64,000 nt of DNA from Antedon mediterranea (taxonomy: Eukaryota; Animalia; Echinodermata), in NCBI RefSeq assembly GCF_964355755.1, contig NC_092676.1, positions 23,144,871 to 23,208,870 of the forward strand, in the 5' to 3' direction. Shown one piece after another: positions 1-13,400 of this stretch. Under the pieces are notes generated by a model that was not told where the DNA came from, searched no databases, and worked only from the letters and a program-made list of their open reading frames with translations. A program made the position numbers and the translations under genes. How positions within the stretch are numbered: position 1 is the first letter of the stretch; the number at the start of each line of letters is the position of its first letter.

Positions 1-231
1 TATGTCTGGTATTTTGATAGTGGTTGCAAATCTCTATGGCTAGAGCAGGTTGGATGTCAGAGCTTCTAGCTTTTGATGATATGGTTGTCATGGCCAGGGG
101 AGTGGTAGGGCAGAGGAAAGGAGTGCCAAGTAGGAGTTTCAACCACAGCCTGTAATTATGGTGATTATTATGGCTTTAACTGTTTTAGTAATGTTAGTAA
201 CAGTACATTTGTATTTTTTTATTTTTTTCAG

Positions 232-3200
232 AGCTATAAATGGGTTACTGGACCTTTAATTTTGTATTTTATTGAAAGACTAATTCGATTTATTCGTAGC
301 TGTCAGAGTGTTACAATTACAAAGGTAAATCATTATTGTATTTTGCTATTTCTATATTTTATTATTAAATAATATTTATTTATATACTATATTATTATTT
401 CTCTTCTTATTTCAATTATGTTGTTAAAATTACAAAGGTATATAACTTATTAGTGTATTTTGTTATTTAATGTATTTATTAATAATAATACATAATTTCT
501 ATGTATATTTTATATGCAAATGACAATAAACGAAAGTAATTTCCCACTGATGAATGAATGAATAAAATTATATAAAAAGAATATTTTTATGTATATCACA
601 TTTGTATATCATAATATTTATGTGTCTTTTTTGTAGGTTGTGAAACATCCATCTCGTGTTGTTGAACTGAGAATGAAAAAGAAAGGCTTCAGCATGTTGC
701 CAGGACAATACATCTTCCTCAAATGTCCTCAACTCTCACATCTTCAGTGGCATCCATTCACTCTTACATCTGTAAGTACACTGCTGAATGTTTTTTTTTA
801 TTCATTGAATTGTTGTTTTCAATTTCACGATTAATCAAATTTATAGTTATTTAGATAATAGAGAGGTTTCGCAATCTTACGAATACGATAACGAAAACGG
901 ATACGTCACGCACACGTATTCGTTTTCGTAAGCCATAAAAAAATCTGTTTCGCATGGCAACGAAATATTGAGGCGCGTCCAAAATATGACTGCGGTAAAT
1001 TAGAGCGAAACGCAGGTACGTGTTGCTTGGTGCTTGGCTGCCTAGGCCTAGCGTAACATCAAAGCGAGTGAGGACTAAAAACTGCTATTTATCAAAATTG
1101 ACTTGGCATTTTAGTAAATTACTTTAGTAAATTACTTTCAATAAATCTATAATTATATTATAATCATGAATCATTCCTGATTCAAATGCAAAATGTGCAA
1201 AATAGATCAAAAACTATACTCGTTTTGTAGTTACGAATATGACTGGTGATATTCGATCGTCAACACGAATACGCTTTACGAATATGAAATGGGGATCAGC
1301 TCAAAAGTTTCACAAATGTATGACGTATCCGTATTCGTAAGGTTGCGAAACCTCCCTATTGACAACAGATTACATTTTCATTATTTTAGTCGCCAGATGA
1401 AGACTTCTTCAGCGTTCATATTCGTACTGTTGGTGACTGGACATCCTCCTTAGCTTTGGTTTGTGGCGCCACCAGTAAAGACCCTGTAGCGGCTGAAGCT
1501 CTTCCAAGGTTACCATTATTCTTTAGTTTTTTTTATAAGAACTTTTAACAACAGTGGTATAGTTTAAAGCTCTGTCTACACTATCAAATTATTTTGAAAA
1601 AAAGTGTGATATGCCCAAATATGGTAGTACCATATTTGGACACATCACACTTTTTAGTAGTGTAGACAGAGCTTTAGGATTCCTCTTGATATTGTGGTTG
1701 GCAGTTTGTGATATTAATAAGTTTACTTTAATTTTAAAACCTCTTACTGTTATTTATTACATATATACAAATTTTTGCAGTGTTAAAGTTTATACACACA
1801 TTTTTTTTACTTGTATTATTTTTATATTTAAATAATTATAGATTTTGTTTATGTATCTTTTTCTGGTGGGTAAGCCTTAAAGTTCTTGATTGAATGATGA
1901 TAATATTAATAATGTTTGGAAATCAATCAAAACAAACATATTATGTTGAACTATTTTTTTGTAGGGTTTCAGTGGATGGTCCATTTGGAACGGCTAGTAT
2001 AGACATCTTTAAGTACCAAGTTGGTATGTGTGTTGGAGCAGGAATTGGCGTTACTCCATTCGCTTCTATTTTAAAATCTATATGGTAAGTCCATAGAGTG
2101 GGATATTATATTATAAAAAATGACAATGCTGTGGGTATCAGAATGATAAAGTAAAGCATCCTGAGAAATTGCAGAGCTTCTTCGATTTTTTTTCTTTGTT
2201 GGATATAATACAATTATATATTTGATAAAAGCTGAGAGTGAGAATTACATTACATTTCTTATTCATTTCCCCAACAAAATACTTTAGAATATTTTTTGTT
2301 TGTTTACTGTTTACATTAAACTTTGGTGTTAGACCAAAATGCTGTAATTTTCCAAATCCATTTTGATTTAAGATTTTCTGAGTAATTTAATTTTTTGCAT
2401 GTATTTTGGTTTTTTAATTTGGTTACTTTATAAATTTGTTTGATTACTTTATTCAATAATTATAGTGTTTAATTATTAATTAAACTTTAATTTATCTATA
2501 TAGGTACAAAATAAAAACAGGAGATGAAGATTTGAAACTTCGTAAAGTCTATTTCTTCTGGGTTTGTCCCGACACAAATGCCTTTGAATGGTTCTCTGAA
2601 CTTCTTGAAGAGTTAGAAACGGAATTAGCCGATTTAGGAAGAACTGATTTCCTCAACTACAATATTTATCTGACAAGAGGTTGGAGTTCAAGACAGGTAA
2701 ACCTTTACCTATAAAATAGCACAATCAAACTTTATGTGACAACAAAATGTGATGTGTTCATAATGGACACAATGATGTCATATCACCATTTCCACACTAT
2801 TTTCATAAATCTAACTTTAATTATGTGTACACTTTAAAGTTTTTATTTCATTTACAGTTGATCCCTATGAAAATCAATTAATTATTAGCATATCATTTCT
2901 TTTTCTAATAGGCTAAAAATATTTATCTGCACGAAGAGGAGAATGAAGATGCCATCACTGGGTTAAGGCAGAAGACTCATTATGGTCGACCAAAATGGGA
3001 TGATATATTCAAACAAATTGCATCGGACAACCCTGGGTTAGTATAAACACCAAAACCTACAGATGTGTGAAGGAGGTTTTGTAGAAGTTCTGTGTATTAC
3101 AGTACAGATGTGTGAAGTAATATTTTTGTATGTATGTTGAGTTGAGAAATTACAAAATAAACATACCATGCAAGAAATATCAGTTAATAGTAGGCCCTAA

Positions 3201-3940
3201 TATTAAAACATATATTTCCCTCACTTGTTTAATGGAAAAGTGTTTTTAATAGGGTTTCCATGAATAGGGATAGACCATAGTGTTAAAACATATATTTCCC
3301 CTCATTTGTGTAATGGAAAAGTGTTTCTTAATAGGGTTTCCATGAATAGGGATAGACCATAGTGTTAAAACATATATTTCCCCTCATTTGTGTAATGGAA
3401 AAGTGTTTCTTAATAGGGTTTCCATAAATAGGGATAGACCATAGTGTTAAAACATATATTTCCCCTCATTTGTGTAATGGAAAAGTGTTTCTTAATAGGG
3501 TTTCCATGAATAGGGATAGACCATAGTGTTAAAACATATATTTCCCTCACTTGTTTAATGGAAAAGTGTTTTTAATAGGGTTTCCATGAATAGGGATAGA
3601 CCATAGTGTTAAAACATATATTTCCCCTCATTTGTGTAATGGAAAAGTGTTTCTTAATAGGGTTTCTCAAGTGGAAGGTTCTATTTTATCTTCTTCTTAA
3701 CAGAAAGAAGGGTTTTACTGTACAGAAGCAAAATTATATTTTTTGTTAAGATCCATGGAATTACTAAACAAGTGTGAACTGGAATGATATTGAGTTAAAC
3801 ATTTTCATTACAGTGTGAATGCAGGTGTATTTTTCTGTGGGCCATCAGCTCTGTCACATGTCTTACACAAGAACAGCAACCTACATTCCAGCATTACCAG
3901 AGATGGCTGCCGCTTCTTCTACAACAAAGAAAACTTTTAA
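232..3940 (+). CDS. CYBB: NADPH oxidase A, NOX2/cytochrome b-245 heavy chain-like; 3' part only (5' exons lie upstream of the window)
   Basis: GT-AG exons 232-324, 637-771, 1390-1508, 1965-2084, 2504-2696, 2912-3036, 3814-3940 splice in frame. They encode the FAD motifs HPFTLTS and IRTVGDWT, the NADPH motifs [15 protein letters not shown] and FFCGP, and a C-terminal KENF*. The symbol means CYBB-like; orthology is not established. Confidence 0.95.
860..1357. mobile_element. MITE with AT target duplication (ISL2EU/PIF-like termini)
   Basis: AT|AGAGAGGTTTCGCAA...TTGCGAAACCTCCCT|AT with subterminal TACGAATACG/GGATACGTCA inverted repeats. Confidence 0.75.
1568..1673. mobile_element. MITE family 1 (AGCTCTGTCTACAC termini, TWA flanks; PIF/Harbinger-like)
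   Basis: TAA|AGCTCTGTCTACACTA...TAGTGTAGACAGAGCT|TTA. Related copies lie at ~2720-2800, 7210-7348, ~25090-25180, 25825-25970, ~26803-26918, 29330-29470, ~45070-45135 and ~55540-55610. Confidence 0.85.
3201..3665. repeat. Intronic minisatellite, ~80-82 bp unit, ~5.7 copies
   Basis: GTGTTAAAACATATATTTCCC recurs at 3280, 3362, 3444, 3526 and 3606. Confidence 0.95.
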
Positions 3941-4134
3941 ATTGGAAGCCATTGGCATTAATAGTTGCAGGATTTACCATAAGTATTTTATAAAGTGTGA
4001 CATGATTAATGATTATACAAATGTTATACCTAATAATAATGTGAAGTGAGTAATAATAATAAGAATAAACAAATCTTTATTCAGAAAAAACAACATATTT
4101 ATACAGTTACACTCGTGTATAATAGTGCGTCTAA

Positions 4135-4405
4135 AACCCTTTTCACATCTCCAAAATGTAACCAGGTTTGCATAATGTGAATACAATTTTGTGGAAAATC
4201 TCCCGAGAAAAACACACGGATGTTCAGAGTTCTTACTGCGCGCACTTCTATTGCCCTGGTATTAAACTGACCAATCATAGTAATCAAATAGCGAGCAACT
4301 ACGCTTTTCTTAGGTTTCTCGTATGTGTGTGTGAAAATGTGTAATAAATCGGGAGATTAAACCTGGTTACAATTTGTAACAATTGATGCAAATGTGAAAA
4401 AGGTA
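4135..4405. mobile_element. MITE in or near the NOX A 3' UTR
   Basis: Inverted ends CCTTTTCACAT...AAATGTAACCAGGTTT and AAACCTGGTTACAATTT...ATGTGAAAAAGG. Confidence 0.65.
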
Positions 4406-7209
4406 TAAGAAGAATAAAAGAGAATTAAATACAAAAACTATTAGATAATATAATCCAAACTAATAAAAAAAAAAATGTAAATTTTATAAAATAAAAACTT
4501 TGTTCTGTCTTTGCCTTCATTCACTCTCTGAATGTTTTGAAATATTTTAAAAATATCAATTTTTTTTATACAAGAACATTCATTTCATAGTGTTTTCCAA
4601 AAGTCATTTGCTTTGGGTGGGCAGGACACAGTAGCAATGTCTATATTCTAGTATAGTTTAGAACATCTATTAAAGGGACACTTAAAACACACAACAAAGT
4701 ATCCCTTTTATAGAGTGTCTCCTGAAAAGGGGTTAACTGTAGTGTTAATAAATAGCCCTCATTAGTTCCTCTGGAAAGTGTCCCCTTACTAGGGGTATCC
4801 TAAAGGAGGGTATACAATTATGTCAAATATAATTATATTATATTGTAGTATGTATTCGCTAAGAATACTAGAATTAGTATAATAATCAATAATTATTACA
4901 AAACAGTGTTTGTTTTTATTTTTTGTGAATATTTTATTTGAGGACATTACATATTATTTTTAGTATTCAGATAATGTATTTTAAATATTTTAAATATTTT
5001 AAATATTTTATAAAATAAGTAGATTGTATAATGAGTAAAAATATTATTTTGTAAAATAATAATCTAAAATAATACCAAAAAAAGGGAATTATGAAAGTCA
5101 TATTTTTTGGTGATTTTCTGGAGTTTTTTATGTTACAAATGTATTTATGTTTTATATTTTGAGTGTCAAAACATAATATAATTATTAATAATATATTTTG
5201 GGTTAAGTTTCATCAGCTTTTGACATTTTTTAATTTATTGATTGTAAGATCTATGTTGCTGAAAAGTGTTGTAAGACAAAAATGTACTATTTTGTAGTAT
5301 ATTATAATATAGTTTTTTTTAAATATAGCATAGCAATATTTTTATACAGAATATATAAATAGACTGATAATAAACATAGAATGAGAACGTAAATATACTT
5401 AGAATATACCGTAATTAAAGAAAATTCATTTATGCATTTGAAACGTAGATAACTGAAAATGTTAACTCCAAAATGAAAGGAATTGCGTTATTTTGATGAT
5501 TGATTGATTGACTGAATGGATTCGGAATAGAGGCGAGAATACCAAAGAAGTGGAGTTGCTGAATATGGCAAGCAATAGACAGAGAATTGCGGCACAACAT
5601 GATCGCCAAAGTCTCATGATATGGTACTTCGAGAGAGAGAGAGATTGATTGACAACATTGAATATTTTAGATAACACAGTAAAACCCTATTAAGAAAACG
5701 AAGTATCCCCCATAATATGGGTGTCCTCTGAATAGGCATGGCTGGAATGATAAATAATAATTATATTTCCCCTCGTTCCAAAACGACGTTTTCGAAACGA
5801 AGAGGAAAATATCCCATAGAAAATACACCACAACAAAAGTTTGTTGCAATGAATGCTGTGTATGTGAAAAATATAATAAGTACGAATTTATCAAGGTATT
5901 TTAAACAGAAACTGTCGTCATACTGCGAGCCAGTGGTTGCGTTTAAAAATGTTCGCTTTTTTCTCAAAATGGAAACTTCATTTTCTCTGGAATTCGTGTC
6001 TATGGAAATCTATAAAATAATTAAAGCTGAAATTACGTTTTTCTTGCTAGATTCTATGTTTGTTGCACAATTCATAAGGTTTTAAGAATAAAACATGAAA
6101 TATAATGTAGGGAAAACCACCAAGAGTCATGAAATGTTTGTATATCTAATCTAATATCTATGTTTTTCGTCAAATCTGAGACGCACACTTCGGCCAAACC
6201 ATTTGGGCCTAGTTAATCTTCGGCCAGAATTAGTGACCCATATCAACGATAAACAACCTGCGTACAATGCTTTAAATATTACTCAACATATAATCTTCAT
6301 GTTCAAAGGAGAATAAAAACTAATATTTAACTGGTGGATTAGTTTTGTTTATGTAGTAAGTGAAAATTCTTAAATGAAGCACAAGTAGGGAATGCGTCAC
6401 CGAGCGTGGTATAATATTTGTGTTTGTCCTATTCGCATGAGTTGTTTTGAATAGTAGTGGAGAATGGTCACAGATCCCATGAAACCGGGTTAAATGCAAA
6501 TGAGGGATAACGTATTTAGGATATTCAAGATGATTCCTGACTGTATTTAAACTGAATTTATACAACGTACATAACGTGAGTAGTTATATTAATCGTAATT
6601 TCCAAGCAATCGTAATTGCCATAGATTTGATTAAGCAGAGTCGCGGAAACTTATTTTACAAAATTAAACGAAAATCTAGTTATTAACAATGTATATAGCT
6701 GTTGTCCAAGAGTTTTCAATAATATGCTGTATGCCTATTGTTTTCTTGAAAACGAAGGCCCTTTCATAATGGTAAAGTCGATTAAGATTACTACCTAACT
6801 GTTCTGCTGTAGCATTATCTTCGGCTAAGTCCAGTTGAACGTCCTTTGAAATTCTACTAAGCCTATTTTGGATATGTATCATTGTTTCTATTGTAAAGGA
6901 CATTTATTTTGTAGGCATACTATCGAATTGAAGAACTGTTTTATTTATAGGAGGCGAGAATACTGAAATCACAGACAGTATAATTCCAATATCGGTAATG
7001 TTTCTTTTTTTTTCTTGTATTAAGTCTATTATCCTTAATTATGGATTATTACAAAGTCCATTTAATACGCTACATTACTCTATTTTGTAAGTAAACAATT
7101 ACACCATAAATAAACAGCAGTTCGTGAGCTAACAACTATATACAAAACTTCAATCAAGATAATAAGACCGATAAAATACAACCTCATAGACATATCAAGT
7201 TATGTTTAA

Positions 7210-7348
7210 AGCTTTTTCTATTCTATCAAACTTTATGTGACAAAAAATGCGATGTGCCCATATAGGGCCATGATGATGTCATATCACTACCATATTTGGG
7301 AGCATCACACTTCTTTTGTCAAACTAGTTTGATAGTGTAGACAGACCT
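7210..7348. mobile_element. MITE family 1 copy
   Basis: Same internal sequence (GATGTGCCCATA...CTACCATATTTGGG) and TAGTGTAGACAGA end as 1568-1673. Confidence 0.8.
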
Positions 7349-7498
7349 TTATAGAATATAATCGAACATAAAAATTAATATTGAAAATGTATCATTGATG
7401 TTATATTCAGAACAGTAAATTAATATTGGGTTTTTAGATTTTGTATTTCTTTCTTCCCCCAACATTTTCTTAACAGAGTGACCGGTAACAGAATCTAA

Positions 7499-10400
7499 AT
7501 GGGATTAGGACCAACTAATGACTGGCTTAAGTATATATTTTTGGTAAACCAATATTTATGTATTTTTGACAAATCATTCGTTACCTTATTTGAATTAGCA
7601 TAATAAGCCTATATTCACTACACATATTCTTTTATTTTAAAAACTGTTTTGTGTACTGTTTTTACTAAGATGGCGAGTCATATGGCCGAGCGGTTAAGGC
7701 AGGGGCGCCGTTTACCGTACCTAAAGAGCCAACAACATCGGCAAGGGTTCGAGGCCGACTCGCTCCTAGTTCTTGTGGTGGAACAAGTCTTCTCGGATAA
7801 GGACTATAAACCGTAGGTCCAGTGTACACAGTTATAACCTGTGTGTACTTTAAAGAACCCAGTTCATTATTCGAAAAAGAGTAGGGGGTTACCCCGGTGA
7901 ACTGGTTCACACAATAACCCCTGTATCAGGGGGATTACCACCTATCTGATAGGAAAGTTATTAATTCACTATTGGTAATCCTTGGCCACATTGCCTAAAG
8001 ACATAAAATAAAAATAAAATAAAATGTTTTTTTATCAATAATTCTTTTTATTACTTGTATAGCTAGCGTGGACTGGAGGCAATGTTGCATATTGGGTACT
8101 GACGTTCCTCTTGTATGAAAATGAAGCCCAGTATCGTTACATCCGCATTTTAACAGGGGTATGTCATTTTTATTTAAGCATATTATAAAACTGAACTCAA
8201 TTTCTGCCGAATTTTAATATCACTTTCGTATAACCATTTTGGTCAATTGTAACAGGATGGACAGATTTCGTTGAGTAAAGAAGAAAGAAAACATAAACAC
8301 TGGTCATTAGAAACTCGGTGCAGTTTACCCCGAAGAACAATGTTAAAATTTGATGAATTATAATAATAATTATAATAACGATTTCTAGTGCGCTCTTCTC
8401 CACTAAAGGTGCTCAATGCGCGCTTTTGAATGCGTCCTATTGAATGCGTCCTCCTATTGAATGCGTCCTCCTATTGAATGCGTCCTAGAAGTAGCATTTT
8501 GAAAGTTATGTATTTATCGGATTTATAAGTCCAATAGATGACGTCACTAAGTCTAAAAGTATTGTTGTTCGTGTTTGCCCAACCCTGACGTAATGTTGTA
8601 TTTTATACTAAGTACACTGGGAACAATTTACGAAATAAACGTGTACGTAACATACTTAATATAAAGTACAATAAATGACGTCAGAGTAGGGCAAATGTGA
8701 CCAATTACTCAACTCCCTGACGCCAAGGTATTCCATAGTAGTTCTTTAAAATATCAAAGTAGACCTAATTATTTTCTTCTTGCAGCCTGCCGTATCAATA
8801 GCCAAAGCATGTGGTGCGTGTTTGAACCTAAACAGTATGCTGATCTTATTGCCTGTCTGTCGAAATCTTCTATCATTTTTTCGAGGCTCTGTCGAAACAA
8901 ACACTGTAAGTAGGTATACTCAAACCAACGCCATTAACGTCTGAATGAACTTTCGTAAAGGTTTTAATGCTCGGGAACAAATTAGTAGGACCTTCTAAAA
9001 TGCCTTTGTGTCTTAGCAATACACATTTAAAAAACAACAAAAGGTGTAACTTAAACTAGTTAAATAAAACGTCACTGTTATTAGAGATATTTGGGAACAC
9101 CTCACTGTGTAAATGTCTTTATATGTTTAATTATGTTTTGTTAAAACGCTCTAAATCATATGCATGCATATTAGAACACTGATTTCATGAATTTTCCAAA
9201 TTATTTATGTTTGCATATAGATTATATAGTTCACTATAATGTTCACTATAATATCTCTATAATGTAATATGTTACCCTTAAGCTTGGTTCCCACTAGGGA
9301 CGCAACGTAACGCAATCTACGCCCTTCTAATAATTGTGTTTTCCCCCGCCTGCGTGAAATCAAACCTGCGACTTTTGCAGCACTAGTGCGTCGTCGGTTC
9401 CCACTTGTGATTACGCAATAATACAGCACTTTTCGTCGATACGTCGCTGCGTTGCGTTCTAGTGGGAACCACGCTTTATTGAGACATGAAGCGACGGGCC
9501 TTGTTCACACATGTGATGCTCCTCATCTTGTCCGTTTCACATTCTTTTACGTTTATGTTGGTTAGGCTACATTTGTATAATAATCAGTGTTTTTTATGTT
9601 TATAAAACCAGTGTTACAGACGAAGTATGAAACGCCTACTGGACAAAAATCTAACATTTCACAAGACAGTTGCGTATACGATTGTGTTGCTCTCCATAGT
9701 TCACTGTATAGCGCATTTCTTCAACTTCCAATATCTGTATGATGCTCAAGTTGATAGTCCTGAAGGTTCTTTAAAACGTTACTTAAGTGATCTGAAAGAC
9801 GTTGGCAACGACACGTGGATAAATCCCGTTAGACCGCCTACAGTGGTAAGTATGTAGAAAACACTACAAGAAAATATTGTTTAAGCTATATTCACACTAA
9901 TTTGTACCGTTTTTTTTTAATCAATACCTGAACTAGTAGTGTGAATGTACATTTAGCCTCCATAATAGCTTATTGTAGGCGATGTGCTTGTTATAGGCCT
10001 ATTATATTCATTGTGTAGGCCTATATTATGAGAGAGAGAGAGAGTGCAGTTGTACGTTTTATAAAAAAATGTTGCCATTGCACGGTTTCATAATGTCCCG
10101 GATGGTACTGGGAAGGTTTTAAACAAGGTTAATCTAACAACAGGATGCCTCCGGAGATCAAAGGGCTTCGACACTATTAGCTTCTCACGCCACTTACCAG
10201 ACACCGCGCGCCGCTGAGAACATAGTACAATAAAGTTGGTATTTGTCGCAGCCAGACATAAGATCAAATGACTGTTAAGAGTTCCTATCTTGGCAAGTTG
10301 ATTTCAATGTCCTGTTGTTGCCTTAAACTACACTTGAAAACGGGCCTGTTGTTGGGTAGCTTTAAAGATAATATTGATGATTTGTTTGTAAAACCGCAAT

Positions 10401-13400
10401 TAATCCCCTTTCTCACAGAGTTGTGTGCCAGGAATATTGCGGGAATATACCATTACCATGCCGGTATGGTTTTCTGTGAGAACGGGTCGTCTTGGCATCG
10501 TGTAAGATTGAATTGTGTCCAGCATTCAAAAGTGTCCGGGTGGACACTTTTCAGCATTGGATAGTGTCCAGTTGCATGTTTCAACGGGTTCGTGGGCGTT
10601 TTTCAACAATTTAATGCTGTCCGGCCATGGATTAAAGAATAGAAGGATATGCATCGACGGTGACATCAAACGATTTTACAACGCGCTTGCCTATACTAAA
10701 GCACTGCTGCCAATCAAACAAACACGCTCATTGAACTCCGTGTCTCTAACCGCGGCCCTCTGTAAAACGCTTCGAATCAACTGTTACATTTTTTGAGACC
10801 AAAACGTAAGCATGTAGAAATCGTATGCGCAGTCTGAATGTTCTATTGACATGTCTGCGTCGATGATTAATTGACAACAAAAATATATTGCTGAATAATT
10901 CTGTTTTAGTTTCATCACAATCGGACTACGAAAAGTTCACTTTCTTACGACTGGTAATTTTAAGTAGTTGGTAATATTAATAAAATATGCAATTTTTATA
11001 TTTGAATTATCATTATTTGCCTGCCATCTTCTGTCATTAAAAATTGCGTTAATCTATAGAATATTAAATTATGCATTTGACCATGTATGTTGTTAGCGTG
11101 GCCGGTGTTCACCCATACAACAATCGTGTTTTTAATATATGGCTAAGCAGTGGTTTCTTCATAAATCTCCTTAATTATCGATGTGATTATATTTAAATTG
11201 TAGTGCCTGGTGATTGGCTAGTGGTTATGTCATCCACATCACATCCAATCACCGGGTCTAATTGAATGAAAACAGCGATCCCTGATCCGGGATTGGCTGG
11301 CTATGTATAGTTGCGATTCGTGTTCCCACTAGCGACGCAGATTAGCCTAGGCCTACCTAGGCAGTATCAATGTCGGCAAATCATATGGTTTACTAGTAAG
11401 CCTAGGCCTAGTATTGCTGATTTTGTAATTTTACATGTAGGCTGAGACAACAAATAAATAGTTATTGTCTCAGATGTAGGGCTACTACAGGTCATAAAAT
11501 GCTACTTTAATGTCATAGGCCTAAAAACATTAGCGTAGATCAATCGCGGCAGAAACCTATACTAATTACAATTATAGCATCTAATATTCTAAGCCAATAA
11601 CAATATAGTATTGTTTTTATCTGGTATATTGATGAAGTAGGCCTACACTAAGGTCTTCACAATAACATAAAATGTAATTTAATAACTGTTTTCAATGGCG
11701 TGAGGCAGAGGCCTGAAGCCACTTGTTTAGGAAACCTAAGTGGCCCTCCAAAATTTTCAAAGATCGAGGCCTCGGACGTTTTTAGCATTTTCGACAAATT
11801 TTATTCCTGTTCCTCTGGGCACTGCTCATGGGCCCCAAGCTTCGGTTTAGCCAGTGAGCGCACATATCCGTTACGCCACTGATTATACTGTTCAAATATG
11901 TATGAATACATACAGTGCAACAAAGAACGCGCGAAAGAAGCGTAGTCAACACGGTTAAATGTCGTTGCACATGTGCAGTAAACAATATATTAGGCACGCG
12001 ACCGTTTCGTTGTTACCATGCGGTTAATTAAACTGTAACATTGTGGGCGGTCCGCGGTCTGTCGGCGAGAGTCAAGGAACCCTTGATCTCACGTCGATGC
12101 ATATCCTTCTATTCTTTAATCCATGGTCCGGCCCGTTTAATAATGTCTGACCCATGGATTGAAATGCGTCCACTATTAAATACTGTATCATACGTTTTAT
12201 GATAGGTGGTTGTTTTTATCACGCCTGCACTTGTCTTGTCTTCTTTTAATAACCAATAATATTTTTTTTTCTAATTAAAGATCGCTTTGCCTAAACACCT
12301 CCAATTAGGGACCATTATATTATATGGTATGTGAAAAGACAAGAAGAATAAATAATTGTTAAGTATGTGACAAAAACAAGTAAATGAAGTGTTCCTCTTC
12401 CAATTAAAAATCACTTTACCTAAAACACCTCCAATTAGCGACCATTATATTATTTAGTATTAATAAAGCAAGAAGAATATATAGTTTTTAATTATGTGAC
12501 AAAAAACAAGTAATTGTACTGGACCTCTTTCAATAAAGGACCACTTTACTTAAAACACCTCCAATTAGCGACCATTTTATTAATTGGTATGAGTAAAGAC
12601 AATAATAATTAATAGTTTTAATTATGTGACAAAATTAAGTAACTGTACTGACTGGTCCGCTTCCAATTAAAGATCACTTTACTTTAAGACACCTCAAATT
12701 AATGACCATTTTTATTAATTGGTATGAGTAAAGGCAAGATTAATTAATAGTTTAATTATGTGACAAAATTAAGTAAATGTACTGGTCCGCTTCCAATTAA
12801 AGGTCACTTTACTTTAAGACACCTCTAATTAGCGACCATTTTTATTAATTGGTAGAAGTAAATACAAGAAGAATACATAGTTTTAATTATGATAGTGACA
12901 AAATTAAGTAACTGTACTAGTCCTCTTCCAGTTATAGATCACTTTACTTAAAGAAACCTCCAATTAGCGACCATTATATTATTTAGTATTAATAAAGCAA
13001 GAAGAATATATAGTTATTAATTATGTGACAAAAACAAGTAATTGTACTGGCCCTCTTTCAATAAAGGACCACTTTACTTAAAACACCTCCAATTAGCGAC
13101 CATTTTATTAATTGGTATGAGTAAAGACAATAATAATTAATAGTTTTAATTATGTGACAAAATTAAGTAACTGTACTGACTGGTGCGCTTCCAATTAAAG
13201 ATCACTTTACTTTAAGACACCTCTAATTAGTGACCATTTTTATCAATTGGTATGAGTAAAGGCAAGAATAATTAATAGTTTAATTATGTGACAAAATTAA
13301 GTAAATGTACTGGTCCGCTTCCAATTAAAGGTCACTTTACTTTAAGACACCTCTAATTAGCGACCGTTATATTATTTTGTATGAATAAAGACAAGAAGAA

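Noticed and set aside
3819-4049. 76-aa ORF
   Set aside because: Wrong frame over the NOX A terminal exon
5462-6903. Short intergenic ORFs between the NOX genes
   Set aside because: No recognisable domains or coherent exon structure
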